A program made the position numbers and the translations under genes. Below are positions 9,648 to 17,971 of a DNA stretch of 64,000 nt, piece after piece. This DNA is from a virus. Within the stretch, counting starts at the first letter, position 1. Each line of letters begins with the position of its first letter. The notes beneath the pieces were generated by a model. The model did not search any database and was not told where the DNA came from. It worked only from the letters and a program-made list of their open reading frames with translations. Where the stretch lies: IMG/VR virus record IMGVR_UViG_3300024344_003321, positions 33,425-97,424 of that record; one strand, written 5' to 3'.

Positions 9648-10839
9648 ATTTATTTATTTCCCATCATTTTCTGCAGGAGAATATGGTGATAAATTAAAAA
9701 AAGATTATAAGTTTAAAAATGGGCACTCGTGCCGATTTTATTCGGATGATTTTCCTGAACAATATAGACATAATCAAGTTTTAATAACAGCGGGAGCTCA
9801 TTTTAAAACTGATGGTTATCGTAATTTGTTAGGACTATCTAAGGATAATTTAGTGATGGGTGACTCTGGTGGATATCAAATAGCATCTGGTGCTATGAAG
9901 TGGGATATAAAACATAGAGATAGAATTTTTAAATGGTTAGAAGAAAATGCTGATGTTGCTATGAATTTAGATATTCCACCAAGATTGAAATATCAAGGTA
10001 AATATAGAGAATGTTTAGATATTAGCATTGATAATTTTAAATATTTTGATAAACATCAGGATGGTAGCACTAAATTTCTAAATGTAGTACAGGGTGATGA
10101 TGATGTTACATACCAGAATTGGTATGACCAAGTAAAAGATTTTGAATTTTCTGGTTGGGGTGTAGGTGGTGCCGGTGGGAGTATGTATCGGTTCATGTCA
10201 GGTGTTTTAGCATTAATAAATGGTAAAGAACACCTAAAACCTAATAATGAATATTTTCATATTTTGGGAACATCGAAGATTAGAGATTTTTTAATGTTAA
10301 TACAATTGCAGAAGTCACTTGAAGAGGTTGGGAGTAAAGTAACTGTTACTACGGATAGTTCGTCACCAGATAGAGCTGTAGTATTTGGGACATTCTATAC
10401 TAATTTTAGTATTAAGCGGGGTACATTTGAGTCGGTTAATTTTCCCAATGCTAAGCATCAAGGGGATATAATTGATGATTTTTTAACACTTGAAAATATG
10501 AATTGGCCAAACTTGACTAAATTTGATGATAATTTATCAAAATTTGTAGGTTGGAAAGACACAGCAGAATGGAATTCTGATTGTACAATTGGTATGAGAT
10601 TACATAATTTTTTTGTATTCAAGGATGCAATACAGCAGATAACTGATTATGTATATGGTCACAATTATATTTTAGAACAAGTTGTGGATAAAGAAGTATA
10701 TACTGTTTTAATGTCAATTGATGAAATGGTCAAAAGTGATGACCCGAAGCGTGTATTTGAGAAATATAAACCATTGTATTCTAAATTTAGTAATATGAAA
10801 AAAACAATAATAAATAACAGTGCGGGGTTTTGGGAATGA
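9640..10839 (+). CDS. dpdA: DNA-guanine transglycosylase (TGT fold)
   Basis: GDSGGYQI, MNLDIPP, NVVQG, GVGG, HILG, TTDSSS motifs; located in a folE/queD/queE cluster. Confidence 0.85.
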   Translation: MRKFIYFPSFSAGEYGDKLKKDYKFKNGHSCRFYSDDFPEQYRHNQVLITAGAHFKTDGYRNLLGLSKDNLVMGDSGGYQIASGAMKWDIKHRDRIFKWLEENADVAMNLDIPPRLKYQGKYRECLDISIDNFKYFDKHQDGSTKFLNVVQGDDDVTYQNWYDQVKDFEFSGWGVGGAGGSMYRFMSGVLALINGKEHLKPNNEYFHILGTSKIRDFLMLIQLQKSLEEVGSKVTVTTDSSSPDRAVVFGTFYTNFSIKRGTFESVNFPNAKHQGDIIDDFLTLENMNWPNLTKFDDNLSKFVGWKDTAEWNSDCTIGMRLHNFFVFKDAIQQITDYVYGHNYILEQVVDKEVYTVLMSIDEMVKSDDPKRVFEKYKPLYSKFSNMKKTIINNSAGFWE

Positions 10840-10916
10840 TGGATCCAATGTCAATAATGGATCCAATAATGCATCCAGAGCGCCGAATTAATAATATAAA
10901 ACAAGGAAATAATAGT

Positions 10917-11639
10917 ATGGATAAAAATAAAATAGATAGATTTATAACAAAATATTCTTTAGCTGGTAACGCTAATTCAGTTAAATGGAAATTTACTGAT
11001 AATAGGTTAGTAACATCATTTGTAACTGAGGATAGAAGTTTATTGGGTCAAGTAACAGTTGATAATTTTGACTTTGAGGAATGTGAATTGGGGGTTTATG
11101 CAACAGACCAATTGCAAAAATTATTAAGTGTACTTAGTGACAGCGTAAAACTATCTTTAAATAAATTTGGTGATAAGCCACTTTCATTAGGAATTAAAAA
11201 TGATTTTGTCGCAGTGGACTTTGTGTTATCAGATTTATCGGTTATACCAGAACCACCTAAAATGAAAAAAATACCAGACTTTAAAACTAAAATTAAAATG
11301 GATACTGCTTTTATATCTGCATTTATTAAAGGTAAATCTGCATTACCAGATTCAACATCATTTACAGTAACAGGTACCAATGATGGTGATTGTAAAATAG
11401 TTATAGGGTATTCCAATACAACTACAAATAGAGTTAGCTTAGATGTAGAATGTTCAAACTGTGATTTAGATGAAAATGTATCATTTAATGCAGATTTATT
11501 TAAGGAAATTTTAAGTGCAAATAAAGAATGTACTGATGCTGTTCTTGAAGTTTCAAATGATGGTCTTGCTAAGATAAATTTTAAAATAGACGATTTTGAT
11601 GCAGTTTATTATATGGTAGCTAACCAAGAGGATGAGTAA
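10917..11639 (+). CDS. DNA polymerase sliding clamp (gp45/PCNA-like)
   Basis: ~240 aa, beta-rich; LGVYATDQL, FNADLFKEIL, GLAKINF...YYMVA; directly upstream of the clamp loader; RBS favours ATG 10917. Confidence 0.8.
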   Translation: MDKNKIDRFITKYSLAGNANSVKWKFTDNRLVTSFVTEDRSLLGQVTVDNFDFEECELGVYATDQLQKLLSVLSDSVKLSLNKFGDKPLSLGIKNDFVAVDFVLSDLSVIPEPPKMKKIPDFKTKIKMDTAFISAFIKGKSALPDSTSFTVTGTNDGDCKIVIGYSNTTTNRVSLDVECSNCDLDENVSFNADLFKEILSANKECTDAVLEVSNDGLAKINFKIDDFDAVYYMVANQEDE

Positions 11640-12550
11640 TGAGTGTAACGCATTCACTTTGGGTTGAAAAGTATAGGCCTAATAAATTAGATAATTATAT
11701 AGGTAATGAACATTTAAAGACAAAAGTGCAGCGGTATATAGATGACCAAGATGTCCCTCACCTATTATTATATGGTAGAGCAGGTACAGGCAAAACTACT
11801 TTGGCTAAATTAGTCGTTAAGAATATTGAATGTGATTATCTTTATATAAATGCATCAGATGAAAATAATATAGATACTGTACGGTTTAAAATAAGAGCAT
11901 TTGCATCAACTGTTGGGTTTAAGGATTTAAAAGTTGTGATATTAGATGAGTGCGACTATTTAACGCCAAATGCACAGGCTGCATTAAGAAATGTAATGGA
12001 AACATTTTCAAAACATTGTAGGTTCATATTAACTTGTAATTATGTTGAACGGGTCATCGACCCAATACAATCAAGATGCCAATCATATAAGATTGTACCA
12101 CCTAAAAAATCAGATGTTGCTAGGCACATAGTAACTATATTAAACGCTGAAAAAGTCACCTATGATTTAGATGATGTAGCTACTTTGATAACTGCCGGGT
12201 ACCCTGATATTAGACGAGTGTTAAACTCTATGCAAAGACAGGTAGTCGATGGAAAATTGAAGGTGGATGTTGATACTATAATACAAAATGACTATAAAAT
12301 GAAATTGTTAGAATTATTAACTACTAATGCTAGTTTAAATGATATACGACAATTAATTGCCAACAATTCTATTAGTGATTATTCTGAATTATATAGGTTA
12401 TTATATGATGAGGTTGATAATTATTCTAAGGGGAATGTTGCAGAATGTATATTAGCAATAGCAGAAGGTCAATATCAAGACGTGAATGTGGTTGATAAGG
12501 AAATTAATTTTATGAGTACTATATTAAAAATACAGGAAAAAATAAGATGA
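11639..12550 (+). CDS. Clamp loader AAA+ subunit (gp44/RFC-like)
   Basis: LWVEKYRP, GRAGTGKTT, INASD, LDECD, AQAALR, SRC. Confidence 0.95.
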   Translation: MSVTHSLWVEKYRPNKLDNYIGNEHLKTKVQRYIDDQDVPHLLLYGRAGTGKTTLAKLVVKNIECDYLYINASDENNIDTVRFKIRAFASTVGFKDLKVVILDECDYLTPNAQAALRNVMETFSKHCRFILTCNYVERVIDPIQSRCQSYKIVPPKKSDVARHIVTILNAEKVTYDLDDVATLITAGYPDIRRVLNSMQRQVVDGKLKVDVDTIIQNDYKMKLLELLTTNASLNDIRQLIANNSISDYSELYRLLYDEVDNYSKGNVAECILAIAEGQYQDVNVVDKEINFMSTILKIQEKIR

Positions 12551-12732
12551 GAACTTTTGAAGTTGTAAATAATAATGATTGTGCGGACAATACTTGGGGT
12601 GATACTGATTGTAGAAAAATTATAGTTACCTTACCCGAAGGACCATATACGGATGAGCGAATTTTAAATAAAACAGGTTATAATCCCGAAAATGTTACAA
12701 TACGGGATATAACATTGGAGGAGATATTATGA
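12547..12732 (+). CDS. Hypothetical protein
   Basis: ORF coupled to neighbours by overlapping start/stop. Confidence 0.55.
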   Translation: MRTFEVVNNNDCADNTWGDTDCRKIIVTLPEGPYTDERILNKTGYNPENVTIRDITLEEIL

Positions 12733-12953
12733 GTAATGACTTTCAAGATTCAATGGGAATGGATATGACAAAGACCGTTGAATATACATGTGAAAAATGT
12801 AATTTTGATGTGTTTGAGGCAAAATGTAAAATAAGAAAATTGCCTGCAGATATATCACCATCTGGTGAGGATGCTATAATACCTATGCAGGTATTTGCAT
12901 GTGGTAAATGTGGCCATATTAACCAAGAATTTCAACAGGGTGAGTTTGAATAG
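12729..12953 (+). CDS. Small zinc-ribbon protein
   Basis: CEKC...CGKCGH; GGAGG RBS. Confidence 0.65.
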   Translation: MSNDFQDSMGMDMTKTVEYTCEKCNFDVFEAKCKIRKLPADISPSGEDAIIPMQVFACGKCGHINQEFQQGEFE

Positions 12954-13136
12954 ATGCCGATATACACTTTTAGATGTAAATGTGGAAATGAAAAAGACAT
13001 TATATGCAAGAGCTGTGATACAGAATTACGGATGTGTACTAAATGTGGATGTGGTATGAAGCGGGTAGTGAGTAAGGGTGGTTCATTTAAATTAAAGGGC
13101 AGTGGATTTTACGAAACTGACTATAAGGATAAATGA
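12954..13136 (+). CDS. FmdB-family zinc-ribbon protein
   Basis: MPIYTFRCKCG...CTKCG...FKLKGSGFYETDY. Confidence 0.8.
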   Translation: MPIYTFRCKCGNEKDIICKSCDTELRMCTKCGCGMKRVVSKGGSFKLKGSGFYETDYKDK

Positions 13137-13564
13137 TGACAATATTTAATTGGATAGACCAGATATTGGTTAATAAAAAATCATGGGAAAAGTTTGATGA
13201 ATCTGACCATAAAACTTTCAGTCCATTTATCATAAATAGATGGTTATCAATGGATGTGGATTTTCTTGAAATAGTTAATTTTTTTCAAAAATATTCTATT
13301 GGATTGTTAAAACCTAAAGAAGTATATAAATGGTATTGTGATGTATTGCCAAAAGGTAAGAGATTTAATAAATATATCAAGGGGAAAAAACAAGTGAAAT
13401 ATAATAACGATTTGATAGAAATTACATGCAAACATTTTGAAACAAGTAAAAAAGAATGTATGGAGTATATTGAATTAATGAATAAAGAACAATTAACATC
13501 ATTATTAGAATTGTTTGGTAAAAATCCAAAAGAAATTAAAACATTATTAAAGGGCAAAAAGTGA
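13133..13564 (+). CDS. Clamp loader small subunit (gp62-like)
   Basis: FSPFIINRWLSMD...VLPKGKRFNKYIK pattern and position near gp44/gp45 homologues. Confidence 0.65.
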   Translation: MMTIFNWIDQILVNKKSWEKFDESDHKTFSPFIINRWLSMDVDFLEIVNFFQKYSIGLLKPKEVYKWYCDVLPKGKRFNKYIKGKKQVKYNNDLIEITCKHFETSKKECMEYIELMNKEQLTSLLELFGKNPKEIKTLLKGKK

Positions 13565-14001
13565 AACCAAAAATAAAAGTTACAAATGAAAAAGGCGAAG
13601 ATGTTACTATGGACCGACTAAATATCATAGGGCAAAATGGAAATAGTGGGTTACATTATGACAAGATAGAAGATGCTATTTCATTTATAACAAAAAAATA
13701 TCCAGAAACCACAAAAATGTTTCAAGATACACAATTTGAGCAATGGGAGTTATTCTGTAAAAAACAAAAAGATTATGGGCCAAAAAATATATCAGTTGGA
13801 ACTAATTTAGAAACGGATGAAGAAGTTAAATTGGCTCTAACGGGATTGTGGTTTAGAATGAATGACAAAATGCAAAGATTTCAACAAATAGTTATGAATA
13901 ATCAAGAACCTGAAAATGAATCTTTAATGGATACATTTACAGATTTAGCTAATTACGCAATAATAGCACAATTAGTACAAGAAAAAATATGGGGGAAATA
14001 A
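13561..14001 (+). CDS. DUF1599 / nucleotide-modification-associated domain 1 protein
   Basis: KKQKDYG..NI, RMNDKMQR, ESLMDTFTDLANYAII. Confidence 0.75.
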   Translation: MKPKIKVTNEKGEDVTMDRLNIIGQNGNSGLHYDKIEDAISFITKKYPETTKMFQDTQFEQWELFCKKQKDYGPKNISVGTNLETDEEVKLALTGLWFRMNDKMQRFQQIVMNNQEPENESLMDTFTDLANYAIIAQLVQEKIWGK

Positions 14002-14198
14002 TGGATGAAGAAACAAGGTATCACACAGGTGATGTCGTTACAATAAATAATATAGATTGGATTATTGAATCTGTTACAATGAGATTTGGTAAGATAATGA
14101 ATTACGCGTTAAAATACAAAGATGAAAATGGTGATAGGGAATTTGTTAATATTGAAACGGGTTCACTTGAAACATTAATTAAATTAGGAGAGAGTTAA
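13989..14198 (+). CDS. Hypothetical protein
   Basis: Packed ORF; no recognised motif. Confidence 0.5.
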   Translation: MGEIMDEETRYHTGDVVTINNIDWIIESVTMRFGKIMNYALKYKDENGDREFVNIETGSLETLIKLGES

Positions 14199-15031
14199 TG
14201 AAAGATATGTTCGCATATGATGCGGTAGTATATAAAATGAGGCAGTATTTTAGAGAAGCAAAAGGATTTGTCGAAGTACCGGCACAATCCCGACAGTCAA
14301 TATTAGCAGCGTGTGAGGACCCAAAAACAATCAGCCAGTATGTTTTTAGTGGAACGAATTGGCCACTACCACAAACAGGACAAATGTGGTTGGAACACGA
14401 GCTGTTGAAAAACCCAACGATAAAGGGTGTATTTTGTGTAACTACATCATACAGAAATGAGCCAAATCCAATACCAGGGAGACACGATAAAATATTTCCA
14501 ATGTTTGAATTTGAATCACATGGTAATATGGATGATTTGATAACCATTGAAGAAGAATTATTATCATTTTTAGGGTTTGGTAGTGTGTTAGATTTCAGCA
14601 CTGTAAAATATGAAGATGCTTCTACAAAATATGGTGTATCTGAATTAGATGTTGATGAAGAAGAAAAACTATGTAAGGATTTCAGTACTTGTACATTCTT
14701 AACAGACTTTCCTCAAAGAACACATCCATTTTGGAATATGAAACAAAATGAAGTGGATAAAAATCTATTTAATAAAGTAGATGTCATAATGCATGGAATG
14801 GAAACAATAGGAAGTGCTGAACGGAGTACAAATGTTGAAGAAATGCGACATCAATTTCATACAATTTCAGATGGTGAATATGCGGGATTGTTATTTAATC
14901 ATTTTGGAAAAGAACGAGTTGAAGCTGAATTAGAGGAATATTTATCCCATGATATGTTTCCAAGATTTGGAGCAGGAATTGGCGTTACTCGTATGGTACG
15001 GGCAATGGAATTATCAGGATTATTAAATTAA
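14198..15031 (+). CDS. Class IIb (Asn/Asp/Lys) aminoacyl-tRNA synthetase-like catalytic domain lacking the anticodon-binding domain
   Basis: Motif 1 MRQYF..KGFVEV, LPQTGQ, motif 2 YRNE...RH..FPMFEFE, ETIGSAER, motif 3 PRFGAGIGVTRM; only 277 aa. Confidence 0.85.
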   Translation: MKDMFAYDAVVYKMRQYFREAKGFVEVPAQSRQSILAACEDPKTISQYVFSGTNWPLPQTGQMWLEHELLKNPTIKGVFCVTTSYRNEPNPIPGRHDKIFPMFEFESHGNMDDLITIEEELLSFLGFGSVLDFSTVKYEDASTKYGVSELDVDEEEKLCKDFSTCTFLTDFPQRTHPFWNMKQNEVDKNLFNKVDVIMHGMETIGSAERSTNVEEMRHQFHTISDGEYAGLLFNHFGKERVEAELEEYLSHDMFPRFGAGIGVTRMVRAMELSGLLN

Positions 15032-15050
15032 ACAATAGGAGAATAAGGTT

Positions 15051-15260
15051 ATGGCACATTATTACGAAGCAAATGTAGTATTTGAGGAAACGGTTGATAC
15101 AAAAAATGGACCGAAAACTAAAAAGACAAAAGAAAACTATTTGGTAGAAGGTGATTCAGTTACTTATGTTGAAGCAAAAGTAAATGAACATCTACAAGAT
15201 AGTGTTCACCCATTTGAAGTAAAATCAGTTAGAGAATCTAAAATAGTAGAAGTTGTTTGA
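15051..15260 (+). CDS. DUF4494-like protein
   Basis: YEANV.FE...KKTKENYLVEGDSVTYVEAKV...FEVKSVRESKIVEV; AGGAG upstream. Confidence 0.65.
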   Translation: MAHYYEANVVFEETVDTKNGPKTKKTKENYLVEGDSVTYVEAKVNEHLQDSVHPFEVKSVRESKIVEVV

Positions 15261-15625
15261 AATTCCTAACACGAAAACTCGTTACACCAGCAGACTTAAA
15301 CCCTCGTGGAACTTTACATGGGGGTATTCTGCTGAAATGGATTGACGAAGAAGCAGGTGTACACGCAGCATTAGAACTCAATACAGGTTTATTAGTCACT
15401 AAATATATGTCAGAGATAGAATTTGTATCTCCAGTGTTACCAGGCGATATAGTTGAAATTGGAATGGAAACTTTAAAGGTTGGGACAACATCAATTACAT
15501 TAAAATGCGATGTTAGGTCTAAACAAATGGATGCTGTTATATTACGAATTGAAAAGATTATATTTGTCAGAGTGAATAAATATGGTCAACCAAAAGCACA
15601 CGGTGCGAGTTGGGATGAAGATTAA
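15257..15625 (+). CDS. Hotdog-fold acyl-CoA thioesterase (YciA-like)
   Basis: PADLNPRGTLHGGILLKWIDE, F.SPV..GD, VGTTSI, FVRV. Confidence 0.85.
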   Translation: MKFLTRKLVTPADLNPRGTLHGGILLKWIDEEAGVHAALELNTGLLVTKYMSEIEFVSPVLPGDIVEIGMETLKVGTTSITLKCDVRSKQMDAVILRIEKIIFVRVNKYGQPKAHGASWDED

Positions 15626-15627
15626 AT

Positions 15628-15711
15628 TGGAGTATGGTGGAATTGGCAGACACGCTATCCTGTTTAGATGGTGATATTTATATCGTGGGGGTTCGATTCC
15701 TTCTGCTCCAG
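15628..15711 (+). tRNA. Atypical tRNA, anticodon GTT (Asn), long variable arm, no encoded CCA
   Basis: Acceptor TGGAGTA/TGCTCCA; D arm GTG-GAATTGGCAGA-CAC; anticodon stem CTATC/GATGG with loop CTGTTTA; variable hairpin GATA-TTTA-TATC; T arm GGGGG-TTCGATT-CCTTC; discriminator G. Confidence 0.8.
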
Positions 15712-15737
15712 CAAAAATAAAAAAAAGAGGTTATAGT

Positions 15738-16598
15738 ATGAGTAGAATATCATATTCACAATTATCATTATATACTAATTGCCCTAAGCAATGGCAATTA
15801 AGGTATATAGACAAAATAACAGAATCCGAATCAAATATATATTTAGTATTCGGTACTGCAATGCATGAAACATTACAACATTATCTTGATGTGATGTACA
15901 AACATACAGTCAAAAAGGCCGATGAAATAAACTTACCAAAATTCTTACAAAAGGCTTTAATAACAGAATTTAAAAAAGCTGAAGAAGCTGATGGCAAACT
16001 ACCTTGCACGAAGGAAGAACTATATGAGTTTTTTCAAGATGGTTGTGATATACTTGATTTTTTCAAAAAACGGCGAAGTGAGTATTTTAGTAAAAACGGG
16101 TGGGAGTTAGTTGGTATAGAAAAACCAATAAATGTCGAGCTAAAAGGGAAATTGAGAATAGTTGGTTTTCTTGATGTGGTGATGTATGATAAAATAGCTA
16201 ATAGAATAAAGATAATTGATATTAAAACATCTACAATGGGTTGGAACAAGTGGCAGAAAAAAGATGAGAACAAAACAGCACAATTATTATTATATAAACA
16301 ATTTTATGCCAAACAATACGGATTTCCGATAGAAAATATAGATGTTGAATATTTTATAGTAAAACGGAAATTATATGAAAATGCACAATTTCCGCAAAAA
16401 AGAGTTCAAAAGTTTTCACCTGCAAGTGGGACGGTATCAATGAATAAAGTTGCTAAAAAAATGAAAATTTTTATGGATGATGCATTTGATGATGATGGTC
16501 AGCATATAATAAAAGAATATCAAACTAACCCATCTAAAAAGGCGTGTAGGTGGTGTGAATTTAATAAAACAGAACATTGTTCGGATGGTGTAAAATGA
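15738..16598 (+). CDS. PD-(D/E)XK exonuclease, RecB/Cas4-like with Fe-S cysteines
   Basis: SYSQ...CP, GTAMHE, GFLDVV, IIDIKTS, QLLLY, CRWCEF...C. Confidence 0.85.
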   Translation: MSRISYSQLSLYTNCPKQWQLRYIDKITESESNIYLVFGTAMHETLQHYLDVMYKHTVKKADEINLPKFLQKALITEFKKAEEADGKLPCTKEELYEFFQDGCDILDFFKKRRSEYFSKNGWELVGIEKPINVELKGKLRIVGFLDVVMYDKIANRIKIIDIKTSTMGWNKWQKKDENKTAQLLLYKQFYAKQYGFPIENIDVEYFIVKRKLYENAQFPQKRVQKFSPASGTVSMNKVAKKMKIFMDDAFDDDGQHIIKEYQTNPSKKACRWCEFNKTEHCSDGVK

Positions 16599-17509
16599 AA
16601 TGTTTAGTAACAGGTGGTGCAGGATTCATAGGAAGTAATCTTGTAGATAGACTAATTAAAGACAATCATGAAGTAATAATAATAGATGATTTGTCAACTG
16701 GTAAAGAAAAAAATATAAACCCAAAAGCTGAGTTTATGAAGGTTGATATATCAGATAATGATGATATGTTGAGTGGAGCACTTAAAGGTGTTGATGTTGT
16801 ATTTCATTTAGCAGCCAAGGCTCGTGTTCAACCATCAATTGAAAATCCAATTGAATTTCATAATACAAATGTTAATGGAACACTTAATTTATTAAAGGCG
16901 TGTGTAGATAACAATGTCAAACGATTTGTATTTAGTTCATCATCATCTGTTTATGGTGATGTTGAAAAGTTACCAACACCTGAATATCATCCACTTGACC
17001 CAATAAGTCCATACGCATTACAGAAATTAATTGGCGAACAATATTGTAAATTATTTTCAGAACTATATGATATAGAAACTGTATGTTTAAGATATTTCAA
17101 TGTGTATGGTGATGGTATGGATTTGACTAGCACATATAAATTAGTTATACCAATATTTACAGAACAGATACAAAATGGCAAACCAATGACTATTAGAGGT
17201 GACGGTGAACAAAGACGAGATTTTACACATATCGATGATGTAGTTGAAGCAAATATATTAGCAGGCTTTAATTCAAAGATACCTATTTTCAAATGTAAAG
17301 GTGATACTTTTAATATTGGGAATGGTGATAATAGGTCAGTCAATCAAATTGCAGATTTACTTGGTGATAATAAAATCAATGTTGAACCTGTAATTGAACC
17401 AATAGAAACATTGGCTGATAATAGTAAAGCGTTTATGGTGTTGGGTTGGAAACCAAAATTAATGATAAACGATTGGATACAGAAATGGAAGAAGGAGATG
17501 GGTATATGA
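16595..17509 (+). CDS. NAD-dependent nucleotide-sugar epimerase/dehydratase
   Basis: VTGGAGFIGS, HLAA, SSSSVYG, SPYALQK (YxxxK), RYFNVYG, RDFTHIDD. Confidence 0.93.
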   Translation: MKCLVTGGAGFIGSNLVDRLIKDNHEVIIIDDLSTGKEKNINPKAEFMKVDISDNDDMLSGALKGVDVVFHLAAKARVQPSIENPIEFHNTNVNGTLNLLKACVDNNVKRFVFSSSSSVYGDVEKLPTPEYHPLDPISPYALQKLIGEQYCKLFSELYDIETVCLRYFNVYGDGMDLTSTYKLVIPIFTEQIQNGKPMTIRGDGEQRRDFTHIDDVVEANILAGFNSKIPIFKCKGDTFNIGNGDNRSVNQIADLLGDNKINVEPVIEPIETLADNSKAFMVLGWKPKLMINDWIQKWKKEMGI

Positions 17510-17907
17510 AAATTGGTATAGTTGGTAGTCGAATATATGAGAATAAAAAAAAGATAAAAGATTTTATATTTAAATTAAAACAAGAAAAGGGTGAGAATGT
17601 AATAATCGTAAGTGGTGGTTGTCCAGATGGTGCCGATAGGTATGCTAAGAAATACGCATTGGAATTTGGATTGCAGTATGAAGAATATCCACCATTTCAT
17701 GCACAGCATAATTTATATTGTGCATTACCTGAAACTTGTTATGGAAAGCAATATAGTGTTAGATATTTCTTTGCGAGGAATAAATTAATTGCTAAGAACA
17801 GTGATTATATAGTTGGTTTTATCCCAGAGGGTCATACTTCAAATGGTACAAATTCTACATTGAAGTATGCTCAGAAATTTGGAAAAAAAACTTTAATAAT
17901 TGATTAA
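17506..17907 (+). CDS. SLOG-family (DUF2493/YspA-like) protein
   Basis: IGIVGSR, IVSGGCPDGAD, ARNKLIA, GT..T. Confidence 0.75.
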   Translation: MKIGIVGSRIYENKKKIKDFIFKLKQEKGENVIIVSGGCPDGADRYAKKYALEFGLQYEEYPPFHAQHNLYCALPETCYGKQYSVRYFFARNKLIAKNSDYIVGFIPEGHTSNGTNSTLKYAQKFGKKTLIID

Positions 17908-17971
17908 AAAATCGTTGTTTAGTGTGCTTGTGTTATATATATATACATATATACTAAATTAGGAGTAGGTT

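Noticed and set aside
9640-10839. tRNA-guanine transglycosylase (tgt) for queuosine
   Set aside because: Lacks the C-terminal CxCxxC zinc site of bacterial Tgt, and the context matches phage dpdA; activity on the GUU tRNA is not formally excluded
15738-16598. Cas4-like nuclease as evidence of CRISPR-Cas
   Set aside because: No array or other cas genes seen; solo Cas4/RecB-like nucleases are common in phages
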